Shown: positions 1 through 13,277, numbered from the stretch's first letter. The stretch is DNA of 64,000 nucleotides from Octopus vulgaris (GCA_951406725.2 OX597817.1:108314001-108378000); one strand, 5' to 3'. A program made the numbers and translations. Notes: a model not told the origin generated them from the letters alone.

Positions 1-310
1 TCACATCTGTTCACCACTGAACAGATGTCACTGTGTATTGCAGTGATCCAGTCCTTGAATGCAGGCCCCAAACCAGCTGCCTTGAGGACCATCACCAGGC
101 ATAGATAGTCGACTCTATTGAAAGCTTTAGACAGATCTAAATTGATCAGGGCCCCACCTGTGCCAGGTTCTTTAGTCACTTTCTCAATGATTTAGTGCAT
201 GAGGTGGAGGTTGTTGTGGATGGATCTTTCCGGGATGGCGCATGTCTATGTCTTCCCTACCAGATCCCCGACAAGCACCAACCTCATAGCTAACACTTTG
301 ACCAAATAAT
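1..310 (-). mobile_element. Tx1/L1-clade LINE reverse-transcriptase fragment (decayed, runs off the window)
   Basis: Minus strand reads KVLAMRL..LVG..TCAIPERSIHNNLHLM..ALINLDLSKAFNRVD..LKAAGLGPAFKDWI. It is homologous to 39011-39400 in this window. Confidence 0.85.
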
Positions 311-627
311 AGTAATGGCATCTGATTTAGGCACAAGGCCAGTAATTTTGTTGACCCCCAGTAATTGATTGCTACTTATTTTAGCAATGTTAGAGTATAA
401 AGCTAACCAATTTATTTGTGGTCAATTCCCTGAATCATATAGTATTACTTATCTTATTCAGAATGGAAAATCTAATTACATCTCTCTTGATGGGTATAGG
501 AGTAGCCCTGTTTTTAAAATCTTTACTATACAGCTATATGGTTCTGGATTCAATTTCTGTGCATGATACATTGCAAGTTGATGACGATCTTGTGAATGGA
601 ATAAACTACAAAAGCATGTTGCATCTC

Positions 628-665
<38 letters not shown>

Positions 666-769
666 TGTGTGTGTGTACGTGCATGCATGTGCATGTGTTT
701 ATATCTTTTACTAATGTATATTGAGGAAATATGTTAGCACCAGCAAGAAAACTTAGTACATATATATAT

Positions 770-1155
770 ATAAAATCAACTGCTTTTCAATATTTGTTCT
801 GTACTAAGTTATAGACGTTCCCTTATTATTTTCATTGCAATGAACTCTCAATGAAGTGGACCAGAGAGTAGTCTATTGAAAACCTAAAACTAACAACACT
901 CGTTTACAAACTGTGATATAGAATAAAGACCTTACTGTGTGTTAAATGGGAACAGGAACATGTTATGTGAGGAAGTGCTGTAAGGTTCCTGTCTTTAAGG
1001 GTATCATGAAAGACCTGGTTGGGCCACCAACTAAGCTTTTGTGAGTTCTTTTATAAAGTTTAGAAAAACTGAAGGACTGTTGCAATAAGTGTGTGAATCT
1101 GATCCTCCTGTATTTTCTTTTACTCAAAACCAGGAACTTTTCAATACCCTCTTGT
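770..1155 (+). mobile_element. Mariner-derived non-autonomous remnant
   Basis: Ends in ggaacttttcaataccctcttgTA (mariner-type TIR plus TA). A CNKCVNL-like transposase C-terminus lies at ~1078-1100, and the 5' side is in (TA)n. Confidence 0.4.
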
Positions 1156-3015
1156 ATATCTTTAGACAGCCTGCTTACACTTGATATATGATGCCTGTAA
1201 GATAGACCACTGATTACAAATGAAACTTAATCTAAAAATCTGGACATCTCTTCAGTGCTGGGTCTACACCAGCTGAGCAGCATTATTCAACAACAATGAT
1301 AAACTGTCACACGGGTATTTGGAACATTTTGCCACCACCATCATAATCATGATCATCGTCATTGTTGTTTAACATTTTCCTTCCATACTAGCATGGATTG
1401 AATGGTTTGACTGGAGCTGGTCAGACAGAAGTCTGCACCATTCTTCTGTGTTTGGCATGGTGGTTTTGAATGAATGCCCTTCCTAACACTAAACACTCTG
1501 CAGAGTGGGCTGAGTGCTTTTTACATGGCATCAACACAGGTGAGATTAGTTTTGGCATGGCTTTTACAGTTTGATGCCCTTCCAAATGCCTACCACTTTA
1601 CAGTGTGAACTAATTATAATTTAACATTTTCCACAAAGTACAGTTTAACATTTTTCTCAATACGTTTTAACATTTTCCTCATTAAATGCATAATCTTTTC
1701 CACATAGTATTGTTTAACATTTTCCATATAGTACAGATTGATTAGCATCTACACATGTTATAGCTTAACATTTTCTGCATAATACAGTTCATTTAGATAA
1801 AACTCTCTTGAAGATGGTCTACCTTATCTAAAAACATTTAAATCTCTCATGGAAGAATTTTTGTTGTTTGATGTTAAAAAGCCTCTTTATTAATTAATTT
1901 ATTGTAGATTAATTACACTGTGTAACATGATTTTTGCCCTTGAGTAGCAAGTGTTATTTCCTAATATTTCCTTCAGACTTTGCTTTTGTTGCATTTATTC
2001 AAACCCCAAAGAATCCCTATCAACACATAGCTATGATGCTCCTCCACAACTCTTACTCATGATCAACGATGCATATATTTATTGTCAGCCACCAAGGGAC
2101 ATGCTCAAGTGGTTAAGGTCAAACAACTGACAAGCAAATCTGTGGTATTGAGCAGAATATTTGCTATGACGATATTTCTGCTTCAGCAACTCAGCGCTGA
2201 ATCTGTTTGAAATATAATGGAAAATAGGTCTGTTTCAAAATATTAATGTCCAGGTCACAAAAGCAAAGTTTGAAGAGAATAGTAGTCATTTTCTTTGATT
2301 TCTAGATAGAAGCAAATAGGAAATAAAGATAAAAAAAAATAAATACTGTTATGCAGTGTTATATTCTTACTTTTGATATCTGTATTGATTTATTACTAAC
2401 ATTGTTATCATTATTATTTTAATTTTCTCTTCAGACAGACTTTCAATTTTATTAGTTGCATATGAAATACAATGAAAGCACCTGATATTTTACTAAGCAA
2501 CAGAAAGGTAACTTTAGTAACTGTTTATTTCAACTGACACAGGTGTATAACAGCTTGATAATCTTTTATCAAAGATGCTTGAGATTGGAAGTGTTTTGAG
2601 TTTCAGCTGTTTTTCTTTTTTTAATGATTGCCTCCTCCTCCCCTCCTCCCCCCTCGTCCTCGTCGTCGTCATCGTCGTCATCGTTGTTGTTTAACATTTT
2701 CCTTGCATACTAGCATGGACTGAATGGTTTGACTGGAGCTGGTCAGACAGAAGTCTGCACCATACTTCTGTGTTTGTTTGGCATGGTTTTTATGAATGAA
2801 TGCCCTTCCTAACACTAACCACTCTGCAGAGTGGGATGAGTGCTTTTTACGTGGCATCAACATAAGTGAGGTTAGTTTTGGCATGGCTTTTACAGTTTGA
2901 TATCCTTCCAAATGCCTACCACTCTACAGTGTGAACTAATTATAATTTAACATTTTCCACAAAGTACATTTTAATATTTTCCTCCTAAAACGCTTAATCT
3001 TTTCCACATAGTATT

Positions 3016-3427
3016 ACTCTTTTACTCTTTTACTTGTTTCAGTCATTTGACTGCGGCCATGCTGGAGCACCACCTTTAGTCGAGCAACTCGACCCCAGGA
3101 CTTATTCTTTTTGTAAGCCCAGTACTTATTCTATCGGTCTCTTTTTGCCGAACCACTAAGTGATGGGGACGTAAACACACCAGCATCGGTTGTCAAGCAA
3201 TGCTAGGGTAACAAACACAGACACACAAGCACACACACATACATATATATATATAAATATATACGACAGGCTTCTTTCAGTTTCCATCTACCAAATCCAC
3301 TCACAAGGCATTGGTCGGCCAGAGGCTATAGCAGAAGACACTTGCCCAAGTTACCACGCAGTGGGACTGAACCCAGAACCATGTGGTTGGTTAGCAAGCT
3401 ACTTACCACACAGCCACTCCTGCACCT
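3016..3427 (-). mobile_element. tRNA-derived SINE family A (octopus OK/OR-like), full length
   Basis: Minus strand has a tRNA-like head (gtggctgtgtggtaag..ggttcagtcccact), an internal (TA/TG)n and a (gagtaaaa)n tail. It is absent from duplicate copy 1. TSD gtatt at 3011-3015 and 3428-3432. Confidence 0.9.
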
Positions 3428-4147
3428 GTATTGTTTAACATTTTTCATATAGTACAGATTAACATCTTCTACACATGTTATGGCTTAACATTTTCCACAT
3501 AATACAGTTCATTTAGATAAAACTCTCTTGAAGATGGTCTACCTTATCTAAAAATGTTTAAGTCTCTCATGGAAGAATTTTTGTTGTTTGATGTTAAAAA
3601 GCCTCTTTATTAATTAATTTATTGTAGATTAATTACACTGTGTAACACAATTTTTGCCTTTGAGTAGCAAGTGTTATTTCCTAATATTTCCTTCAGACTT
3701 TGCTTTTGTTGCATTTATTCAAACCCCAAAGAATCCCTATCAACACATAGCTATGATGCTCCTCCACAACTCTTACTCATGATCAGAGATGCATATATTG
3801 TCAGCCACCAAGGGACATGCTCAAGTGGTTAAAGTCAAACAACTGACAAGCAAATCTGTGGTATTGAGCAGAATATTTGCTATGACGATATTTCTGCTTC
3901 AGCAACTCAATGCTGAATTTGTCTGAATTGTAATGGAAAATAGGTCTGTTTCAAAATATTAATGTCCAGGTCACAAAAGCAAAGTTTGAAGAGAATAGTA
4001 GTCATTTTCTTTGATTTCTAAATAGCAGCAAATAGGAAATAAAGATAAAAAAAAAATATTGTTATGCAGTGTTATATTCTAACTTTTGATATCTGTATTG
4101 ATTTATTACTAACATTGTTATCATTATTATTTTAATTTTCTCTTCAG

Positions 4148-4220
4148 ACAGACTTTCAATTTTATTAGTTGCATACAAAATACAATGAAAGCACCTGATA
4201 TTTTACTAAGCAACAGAATG
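4148..4220 (+). CDS. Candidate internal exon of an unidentified + strand gene (QTFNFISCIQNTMKAPDILLSNRM)
   Basis: Acceptor ttttaattttctcttcag and donor gtaact. Open in one frame and ends in phase 0. The duplicate at 2435-2507 has an in-frame TGA. Confidence 0.3.
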
Positions 4221-4367
4221 GTAACTTTAGTAACTGTTTATTTCAACTTACTCAGGTGTATAACAGCTTGATAATCTTTTATCAAAGATGCTTGAGGTTG
4301 GAAGTGTTTTGAGTTTCAGCTGTTTTTCTTTTTTTAATGATTGCCCCCTCCCCTCCTCCTCCTCCTC

Positions 4368-4462
4368 ATCACCATCATCACCACCACCACCACCACCACC
4401 ACCACCACCACCACCACAACCGCCACCACCTTCACCATTACCACCACCATCATCATCATCAT
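4368..4462. repeat. (CCA)n/(CAT)n microsatellite
   Basis: Seen directly. It explains the poly-His/Pro/Gly ORFs. Confidence 0.95.
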
Positions 4463-5005
4463 CCTTTAATGTCAGTTGGACAGTTTGACCAGAGCTGGGA
4501 AGCTGGGGGAATTTCACCAGGTTCCAGTCTGACTTGGCTTGGTTTTCACAGCTGGAATCCCTTCCTAATGCCAATCACTTTACAGTGTATGCTGAGTGCA
4601 TTTAAGGTGGAATCACACGAGTTCTTTCACATGGTACCGGCATGAGTGCTTTTTATGCGACAGTGGCACAGGACTCTTGCAGGCCAATCCTCTTCACCAG
4701 GTGGAGCAGCTCATGTATATTTTTTTATCTATAAAATGGGACAGTTTGGAATCCAACTCTAAATACATTATTCATTTACATCTCATATATCTCCCCTACA
4801 TCAAAACACCTCTCATCACCTGGCATAAACCACCTCCAGCAAGTGTACTCTGTAAAGTGGTTGGTATTAGGAAGGGTATCCAGTCTTAGAAATTGCGTCA
4901 AAGCAAATGTTGGAGCTTCATGCAGCCTTCTTGTATGCTGGCTTCTGTTGAACTGTTCAACCCACGTTGGCATGGAAAATGGATTTTAAATGATGATGAT
5001 GATGA
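4463..5005. mobile_element. Two oppositely oriented fragments of an abundant (GAT)n-tailed retro-repeat (also at ~1360-1610, ~2680-2935, ~15540-15660)
   Basis: Shared segments (ccttcctaatgccaa.cact..cagagtg; catggaaaatgga..ttaaatgatgatgat) at 4463-4700 (-) and 4810-5005 (+). Confidence 0.7.
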
Positions 5006-5029
5006 GGATTTTATTATACAGCTTGTAGA

Positions 5030-5395
5030 AATATCTTTTACATGTTTCAGTCTGCGGCCATGTTGGGGCGCCGCCTTGAAAAATTTTAGCTGAACAATTA
5101 GACTCCAGTAATTATTATTTTTTGCAAAACCTGATATTTATTCCATCACCTTCTTTTGTTGAACTGCTAAGTTATGGAGATGTAACAAGTAACCATACCA
5201 ATACACACACACTCTCTCTCTCTCACACACACATAGATGACAGGTTTCTTTCAGTTTCCATTTTCTAAATCCTCCCACAAAGCTTTGGTTGGTCTGAGGC
5301 TATACTAGAAGACACTTGCTTAAGGTGACACACAAAGGGTCTAAACCTGGAATCATATGGTTAGAAGCAAACTTCTTATTCACAGCCATAGCTGC
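5030..5395 (-). mobile_element. SINE family A, decayed
   Basis: Homologous along its length to 3016-3427. Confidence 0.8.
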
Positions 5396-5429
5396 ATCTA
5401 TCTTGAAAGCTTTTTTTTTTTTTATATAG

Positions 5430-5462
5430 AGTGGTTTTACTCAAAGCAGCACACAAATCATG
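5430..5462 (+). CDS. Candidate 33-nt phase 0-0 exon (SGFTQSSTQIM)
   Basis: Strong acceptor (poly-T then atatag) and a perfect gtaagt donor. Phase-compatible with 4148-4220. Confidence 0.35.
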
Positions 5463-5654
5463 GTAAGTATTTGAATGTATGAAGATATTTTTGCGACAAG
5501 TATTAACAATAAACTGGCGTCACTGGGCTGGACAAGCTCCCATTAGCCAGATGCAAAACTGTCATCAGTTTTGATGAATGGAATAATCTTAGTACTTTCT
5601 GGAATTTTTCAGTTTTTCATATGAGATATTTCTTTTACTGCTAAAGTAATACTA

Positions 5655-6095
5655 TTAAGCTTGTTTCCCAACCACATGGCTTTGGGTTCAGTCCCACTGC
5701 ATGGCATATTAGGCATGTGTTTTTTACTATACCCTCAGGCTGACCAAAACCTTGTGAGTGGATTTGGTACATGGAAACTGAAAGAAGCCTGTTGTATATA
5801 TATATATATATATATATATGAATGATGAGGCTGATGATGTTATATATATATATATATGTATATATCTATGAGTGTGCATCTTTGTGTCTGTGTTTACCCA
5901 CTACCACCGCTTGACAACCGTTGTTGATGTGTTTACATCTTTGTAACTTAGCAGTTCAGCAAAATAGACTGATAGAATAGTATTAGGCTTGAAATATAAG
6001 TCCTGGGGTCGATTTCTTTGACTAAAACCTGTCAAGGCAGTGCCCCAGCATGGCTGCAGTCAAATGACTGAAACAAGTAACAAGTAAAAGATTAA
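5655..6095 (+). mobile_element. SINE family A
   Basis: ttcccaaccacatgg..ggttcagtcccactgc..ggaaactgaaagaagcc..cagtcaaatgactgaaacaagtaa. Further partial copies at ~17270-17480 (+) and ~22205-22380 (-). Confidence 0.85.
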
Positions 6096-6127
6096 AAATA
6101 ATAATGATGATGATGATGATGATGATG

Positions 6128-7995
6128 ACTTCTTTTATTTGCTACCAAAGCAAAGGATGAAGGGAGACAATACAAAGACAGACATAAAGTGCAGGGCTTA
6201 ATATATGATAGAATGATTATTAAAACAAAAGGAAAATAATGTATACATGGCATACATTAGAATGGATGTTTACATAGTATATGACACTAGAAAAAAAAAA
6301 GGCGTAGTTGTGGAGTCACCCAATACAAGAAGACCTCTAGGGATAATCAAGGAACCCTATCATCCAAGATCACACTGAATACTGACTCACAGGTCTCCAC
6401 AGAGAGTGGTGTCATCTACTCTTGCCATTTTTGGAACTTTCACCCACCTTTTCATAAATTCTCTCTCCACCCTTACTTTCCTTTTCAAGTAAAACTTGAA
6501 AAAGTTGATGAGGGCTTTACCAAAGCGGAATGTTTCTGTCCTTATTCCTTTCAGCCTCGTCCACCAGACAACCTCTTTCACCACAGCCACCTGACAAAGG
6601 AAAACTGCCTTGCCTGCTCGGTTAAAGGAGGCAATTATCATTATGGAGTCGATTGACACATGGATCCGTCCCACATGCGACAGCAGCTGTTTGACATAAC
6701 TCCACAAGTGAGTAATGCTCAGACACTGAATAAGTACATGTAAAACTGTTTCGTTGCTCTGTGAGCACCTCAGAGAAGCCTGTCTAACAGCACATCCTGT
6801 AGAGTTTATCTCGAACCAGTAGCACTGCCAGGCCAAAGACATCTGGAGATTATCCATAACAGTCCCCAACTGGAAAATCCTCTGGAATAGACTTGCCAGT
6901 TCGTCCTCATCGATGCCTATGGTCTCCCCGAGGATATCGTTGCACTTCCTGCTACTAGTCCTCAGTAAATATCTAAAGTGGAACATCCACCGATACTATT
7001 GCCTGACTTGTAGATAACAGTGAGCAATTGACAACATTCTAAGTGTCAGGTGCCCAATCTTGGCATATCCTTTACCCAGGACAGCAGCTCTGTCAAGGAG
7101 ATGAGTTGCAGAAAGGCGTGTCTCACAAATGGAGCCCACGCACGTTCACCTAGAAATCGTTGCAGGTGACACAACCTGAGTGCATGTGTGCACATCAAAA
7201 GCCATGGCATGCTTAAGCTGCCATGCAGAGGGAGTTGGCAGTAGACCAGCCGCCTGACCATTGGAACCCATCCCTTCCATAAGAAAATAAACAGGGTATG
7301 TTCCAATTTAATCAAGGAGTAACTAGGGCAAGGCACGATGGTCAGGCAATAAATAATCTTTTCTACTCTAGGCACAAGGTCCAAAATTTCGGGGGAGAGG
7401 GCCAGTCGATTTGATCGATCCCAGTACACAACTAGTGCTTTATTTATCAACCTCGAAAGGATGAAAGGCAAAGTCGACCTCAGTGGAATTTGAACTCAGA
7501 ACGCACAGACAGACAAAATACCTCTAAGCATTTCACCTGGTGTGCTAACGTTTCTGCCAGCTCACTACCTTGGTCAGACAATAAATAATGACAGAGGCGA
7601 TATAGGCATTCAGCACCTCTGCCCAATCTTTCAGGGACAACTTCCTCACTGCTCATTTCTAGGTAAGACAAGCCACTCTGTTCATCACCTCTTCTCAATT
7701 CTTATCCACCTAGAGATTGGGACCAAACCAGACCCCAAGCAATTTAACTGGTTTGTCAGTCCAGTGCCCGCCGCCGCCATCCGATGGTATCGATCTGCCT
7801 CTCCAGGTGCTCAGTCATAATCCCACCGACTTATCAGCGTTAATTTTGGTCCCTGCAACCAACTCATATTTCTATACAAAGGAGCTGATCGTCTCTACTT
7901 TGGAGGCATCTGACACCATGATGGTGACGTCATCCACATATGCCAACACTACCCTCTGAGTCCAATTTTGAAAGGGAAGCCTCTTAACTTCTGGT
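6128..7995 (-). mobile_element. 5'-truncated Tx1/L1-clade LINE (RT C-terminus, Zn-finger region, 3' UTR)
   Basis: AYVDDVT at ~7923-7943, FLWKG..PMVRR and C..ETVLHVLIQC motifs. The 3' tail runs into (GAT)n. Paralogous to 39590-40960. Confidence 0.9.
7358..7570 (-). mobile_element. SINE family B inserted in the Tx1-like LINE
   Basis: Core gcctttcatcctttcgaggttgataaaataag. TSD tggtcag[g/a]caataaataat at 7339-7357 and 7571-7589. Confidence 0.92.
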
Positions 7996-8390
7996 CTACT
8001 TTATCTGTTTCATTGGTAACAGAATCTGTTGCTTGAATAACTTCTGTAACAAAACTTCATTAATTTATTGCTTATTTAATGTGACGTGCTTTCTAAAATG
8101 TGTGAGTGCTGTAATAATCTATTTGTGAATCCTTTAATGAACCATTTCACTGTATTTATGTCTTATACCTGTGAATTATAATCTACATGAATTCTGTCTA
8201 ACTGTAAGCCGAGTCTCTAGCCCAAGAAAACATGGGAACATCAAGTTAGTTTACTCATAACAGATTACATAAAGATGACTTTCTGATGTTGAGTATCTTT
8301 TATTAAGGTTTGTGAGACATTTTTCTTTTAAATTAGAAATATTCCTAAATTTCATAAAATTATATTTTGCAAAGTTGTAATTTGTTTTAG

Positions 8391-8410
8391 AAATTGTCCT
8401 TTAACTATAA
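8391..8410 (+). CDS. Candidate micro-exon (KLSFNY + 2 nt)
   Basis: Acceptor tttgttttag and donor gtaaat. Phase-compatible with neighbouring candidate exons only. Confidence 0.2.
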
Positions 8411-9506
8411 GTAAATTAACTGATATATTTTATGTCATGTAAGATTATTTATATTTTGATAGTTTTGGTGTCACTAGTTTAAAAATGACTCTGTAAGTGT
8501 ATTGTAATAGATAACTGCAGGTTACTGATTGCTTATCTGATATAACTAAAAAAAAAAAAAGACTAAATAAGAAAACATGGCTGTTACTCAAGCAAGTATG
8601 ACATGGTAGAATATACAATGCTTTCAATTGTTTTTGGTGCCTCAGTAGTTGCAAGCATACAAAGACATTTTCTCAACCCTCCCACAACTCAGCTGGTACT
8701 TGTTCTCATTTGAGTAGATTGGAGCAATGTGAAATGATAGCCCCCCCAGTGAATTGGATCTGTCAATTACTACAAGCATTACAACTCTATGTTGCCTCCA
8801 AATGCTGAGTTTCAGTCCCTCTTTAGTAGTACTTTGAAGCGAGATGTATTCTGCCAAATGATTTTCTTAAAAACCCAACTTCAGCTTCCAAAATAATTTC
8901 AGACAGTGGACCAGAGTCTTTTTTATAAACTTTATTTGTAGCCCACAGTAATACATATTACAAAATAGCTATGGTTTACTGGTAATAATACTAAAACTTC
9001 AGATTTAAAACTTAATAGACACCATAAAAATATGAACAGAGTGTAATATAAATATTTTACTTGTTATATTTTGAAGCTTATTTTCATGGCATCCCTAAAT
9101 ATTTTTTCAAAGGTTAATAATATATAAATGAATGTTATCAAATTTAGATTTTATTGAATAACATTGAAATTACAATTTAAAATTGAATTTGACATCATAA
9201 GAATTTATAAACTTTCAAGAGAAGATGAAATAATTCCTTTTCTGGTGTAGTGGATCTCAAATCACATAAAACTATAAATAACATTATGTAAATATTGGGT
9301 TGAGAAATCCTTCTGGATAGAAAACGTGGACATTTCTATCTAAAAGAGGATTTTAATCCAATATTTACATGCTATTATTTATGGCTTTATGTAATTCAAG
9401 ATCCACTGTTCCCCCCCACCAAAAAAAAGCATTATAAAATTAAATCTATTTACTGCTGAAAGAAAATGAACAACTGAGGCATAGAAAAGAAACAATTTTG
9501 CACAAA

Positions 9507-11130
9507 TTAATGTGAAAAATAAGGTTGTTATCACACAATAATTGCACATCAGAAAGAAAAGAAGTTAATCTTAACCTCATATCTATCTCAACATCCATTC
9601 TGTTCTTATACTAGTATATGAAGAAAGCTGAAGCAAACATCCAATCTTGTATAAGTTGCAACAAAAGAAATTAGAAATTGAACTACCTTCCTTTATAAAT
9701 TTGGATAATCTTCTTGACAACTAAAAGTTATGTGGGTAAACATTCTGAAATTTTTGTTTCAAAACTGCCTTATGTGAAATTTTAGTTAATAGAATCCATT
9801 TCTAGTTCATTTAACTATAACATTTTACACTGAATGGATTTCTAATCCAGTTATGCTTGTACCTTACAAATTTAATCCATTTAAGTCATGAAATGTGCTG
9901 CATAAGTAGGCCAGCTGTACAGACCAATTAAATTCATCAAATCTATCTTTAAATTAAATATGACATTAATTACCAATGGTGGGTGTTGATCTAAAAGAAT
10001 AAACATTGATTTTTTTAATTGAAGTAGTAATTCCAAAACATTTCTGTTAGATAATCATCACAATTAACAATGTTAAAGAAAACATATTCACTTCATGCAG
10101 TAACTGTCTTGCTATTTAACCATTTCGTTACAGTATTTATTTTAAGATGCTCTGTGTTTCTTTCAATTACTTTAAATATAACAAAGAATTTAGTAAAATA
10201 ACTTAATTATCATTCAGCTAGTGTTAGGAACATAAATTGGAAGATTTTAATTAAAAATTTATGGAAACAAGACATTTGTACTCAGAGCCAGAGCCGGTTT
10301 CAACCTGGTTGGTAATGAAAGGGTTAATAGATGAGACTATATAATTTGATAAGTTTACACACACTTAAGCAATTGAGTTCAAATTTAAGGGTATACATTA
10401 CATCATTAAAGCTTGCCTGTGAATAAATACAATGTACACGTACAGAATTTGGAGCAATTCATTGATTTTCTGGAACAATCTTTAGTAGTAACCTGACATT
10501 TCCTACTCCATTGCTTTTTAGTCCCAAACATATTTCTTAGTCAATGTTTTATTTACTGATAGAATCATTCATGAGCTTCGACAATTCTACTGCTGTTGTT
10601 ATTTTTGAAAATGCGTTATAAATGTAAAATTGTCATGAATGGAAACCTTTAATCAACATTAAATCATAATTATCTGCAATGTCTGTGCTTCCATCCATAT
10701 GTAATGCGGGGTTGGAACCCAGGCTGTTCTGTATTCTACAATCAAGAGATTCTTCTATATTCTCACTGTATTTTTAATTCAGCATTGTTAAAAAGGGATG
10801 TTGCTAAATAAGAAACTTCATTCTTATGTTCATTATAGGGTATATTAACTTTTCCTGTAGATACCCCATCTCAGTCATTGATTTTGAAACTTCATACGTT
10901 TACAAAACTAAGTTTCCATTGGATAGATTGATAAAGAGAGCTTATTAATATGCTTTTTCTCAACAGTACGTAACTTAATTTTGATGGTACCATGAACTTC
11001 TTGATAATCTGGTATGGCAAATAATGTAAAATGGCTAATGTTTATTGCTACTAGTAACAATGAAGCCAAATTTATAATATTCATCACAAATTTGTATATT
11101 ACATAGCACTTCTCTACATTGCTTGGTCTT
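9507..11130 (-). pseudogene. Decayed hAT (Charlie/Buster, ZBED5/SCAND3-like) transposase
   Basis: Read across stops and frameshifts: ALHMDGSTDIAD (~10672-10710, cf. ALQLDESTD), an HC..HRQAL-like motif (~10410-10435), WSVQLAYLCSTFHDLNGLNL (~9865-9929), KNRMDVEIDMRLRL (~9565-9607) and terminal QPYFSH* (9507). TIRs not resolved. Confidence 0.8.
10120..10323. mobile_element. TTAA-flanked MITE (piggyBac-like) inside the hAT remnant
   Basis: TTAA|ccatttcgttac ... gtaatgaaaggg|TTAA. Confidence 0.8.
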
Positions 11131-13277
11131 TTATTATTATTTTTGCTTGTCGTGAGCTGAGTTGAATTGCTGTCATTTCTTCTTTAGTGGACACTAAAAT
11201 GAAATATTTTTATAAATAGAAATTTAAGTTGATTAGTATTATTGCTATCAACTGCTGAAGGCTGATTCAATATATTAACAATATTCTTTTTTGCAATACT
11301 GTCTGTTATTTTCTTTTTAATGAAACATGGAGAAACAAGTGGGGAGACCAAGCAGTTGGATAACTTCATAGAGAAAAAAATAGAAGAAATATTCATATTC
11401 AATTTTCTGTAATAACATTTAATTTCTCTAAGAACTGAAAACTGTATAAAGCAATTATCATTAACCATGAAATGTAGTGTCTAGTAACATCAAGTTTAAT
11501 CATCAGAAACTTAGCAACAAAGAAAATTGGAAAAAGTTTAATATGTTAGTGTTCTTATTGATCCTGCAAAATTTGATATAAAAATTTAGAACTTAATAAA
11601 TAAAGTTTTACTATATAGTGTGTTATGTACTTCTCATGAAAGTTGTGACAACAGCTAGTAATGCATATCTAATGTGTGTGTGTTCTTCATTCGAAAGGTT
11701 TTGCAGTCACAGATCTCTTTCTATGAGACATGAAAGTTGAGTATTGAGAGCTGCTACAATGGGTTCCAGCAAGCCAATATTTTTAAATGTAATTTAGGCA
11801 TTAATTTAAACCAGTTGAATCTTGTTTCCCTTGATTGTCCAAAGCAGAGTTCTCTTCAGAGGGCATTCCAAAAGGTATTTTAAATAAAAGGCAGAAAATT
11901 TGTAAAATCTATTACAATTGCTTTTCTTATGAAAGAATCTGAAATTTCATGCCTAGCTTTCAGTTGCTATGACCATGTGACAATGTATAAGAGTGAGTGT
12001 GTGAGGGGGTAAGTGAAGGCTATGTTTTAAAGGTGAATCAGATACTATACACGCACATTAAAAAAAAATGGAAAAATAGGATTCTCCAAATTTCCAGTAT
12101 GTTGTCTGAATTTATAAAAATAGCCCTTACTGTGATATGCTTAAAGTGTGATCTTTGTCATGTCCTCACCATCATATATAACATTTAACGTAACTATCAG
12201 CCAAGACAACTCCATAGCAGTCATATTTTTGTATGTACTTTAAACTTGGGCTGAATACTTAACTGAATGAACCAAATTTCATACATTTACTAGGATTTTG
12301 ATACTTGGATGTTTCATTAGACAACCATCTTAAAATATTATTCTAATATTTATCATAGGTAAAAAAATACTGTCACAGGCTTTAGTATAGAAACTATGTA
12401 CTACTCGAAAATAAAACCAATAAATAACACACTGTAAGCTATTGACCTACAATGCTCAAGCACACTATAGATAGATATTTGAGAACTTTTGTATTCTGAT
12501 TTATTTATTTTGTATTTTTATTATCTCCCATTTCTCGCAGTTTCCTAGAAAGTGCTGCACAAGAGTGGAGCTTATTTTCAGGATCATTTAGTTGAGAGTT
12601 ACCTGATACTGTCTCTTTCACAATATACTTGTCAATATTACAATGATTATGCAGCTTATAAACATTGATGTTTAAGAAGACACAGAATATTATTGGTGAT
12701 GGGTATAATCTACTGATTATCAGAAAAAAAAAAAAAAAAATTAGCTGCCAACTATCTTTGAATGAGTTTATGGTAATTTGGTGGCACTGAGTCCAAGAAT
12801 GACCTCTGTTTTTGAAATAATGGATTTCCTTCAAATTATAATGTTGTCCTAATATGACATATAAGGGTGTTTCTGAGTTCTATTAAAATGTTGGCTAGAA
12901 GTTAAGTCAGGTAAGTTTAGGTCAGAGGTCATAATAATTTGATATTCAGCAAATCAGTCAGTCAGGAATTCCTAGGTGAGAATGCCATATTTGATAAAAA
13001 CGTTGAATCATGTAACTTTACTAACATATTTGTTGACATATAAAGCAAGGACTCTTATCCACATATCTTTCTCTTCTACATTGTTATTTAACTTTTATTG
13101 GAGACCTGACTTTAAAAATTGTCTATGAAGTTAATAATTGTTTTTTAAAACTTATTTTTTTGGTAGATAAAGAATTAAATATAAAACAAGTAGAAAGATA
13201 TATTTTTCAATGCATAAATACTGATAGAACAGCAAATATAGGACAAAATCCTTTAAAAGCAGAAAAATTTGTCAGCA

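Larger units (their letters stand above)
1353..4345. repeat. Tandem duplication of a ~1.3-kb unit (copy 1 ~1353-2635; copy 2 ~2670-4345 with an extra SINE)
   Basis: Near-identical long stretches, e.g. ttaaaaagcctctttattaattaattttattgtag at ~1874 and ~3594, and ttttctcttcagacagactttc at ~2423 and ~4136. Confidence 0.95.

Noticed and set aside
369-714. ORFs 369-566 and 418-714 as a gene or exon
   Set aside because: The apparent start/acceptor lies in a SINE fragment (~326-383), the end runs into (TG)n, and there is no recognisable domain. It cannot be fully excluded as an upstream exon.
4248-4645. Poly-His, poly-Pro and poly-Gly ORFs
   Set aside because: Translations of a (CCA)n microsatellite in several frames.
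10900-11468. Long minus-strand frame with a hydrophobic stretch suggesting a GPCR
   Set aside because: Interrupted by stops and contiguous with hAT transposase motifs, so better explained as the transposon N-terminal region.
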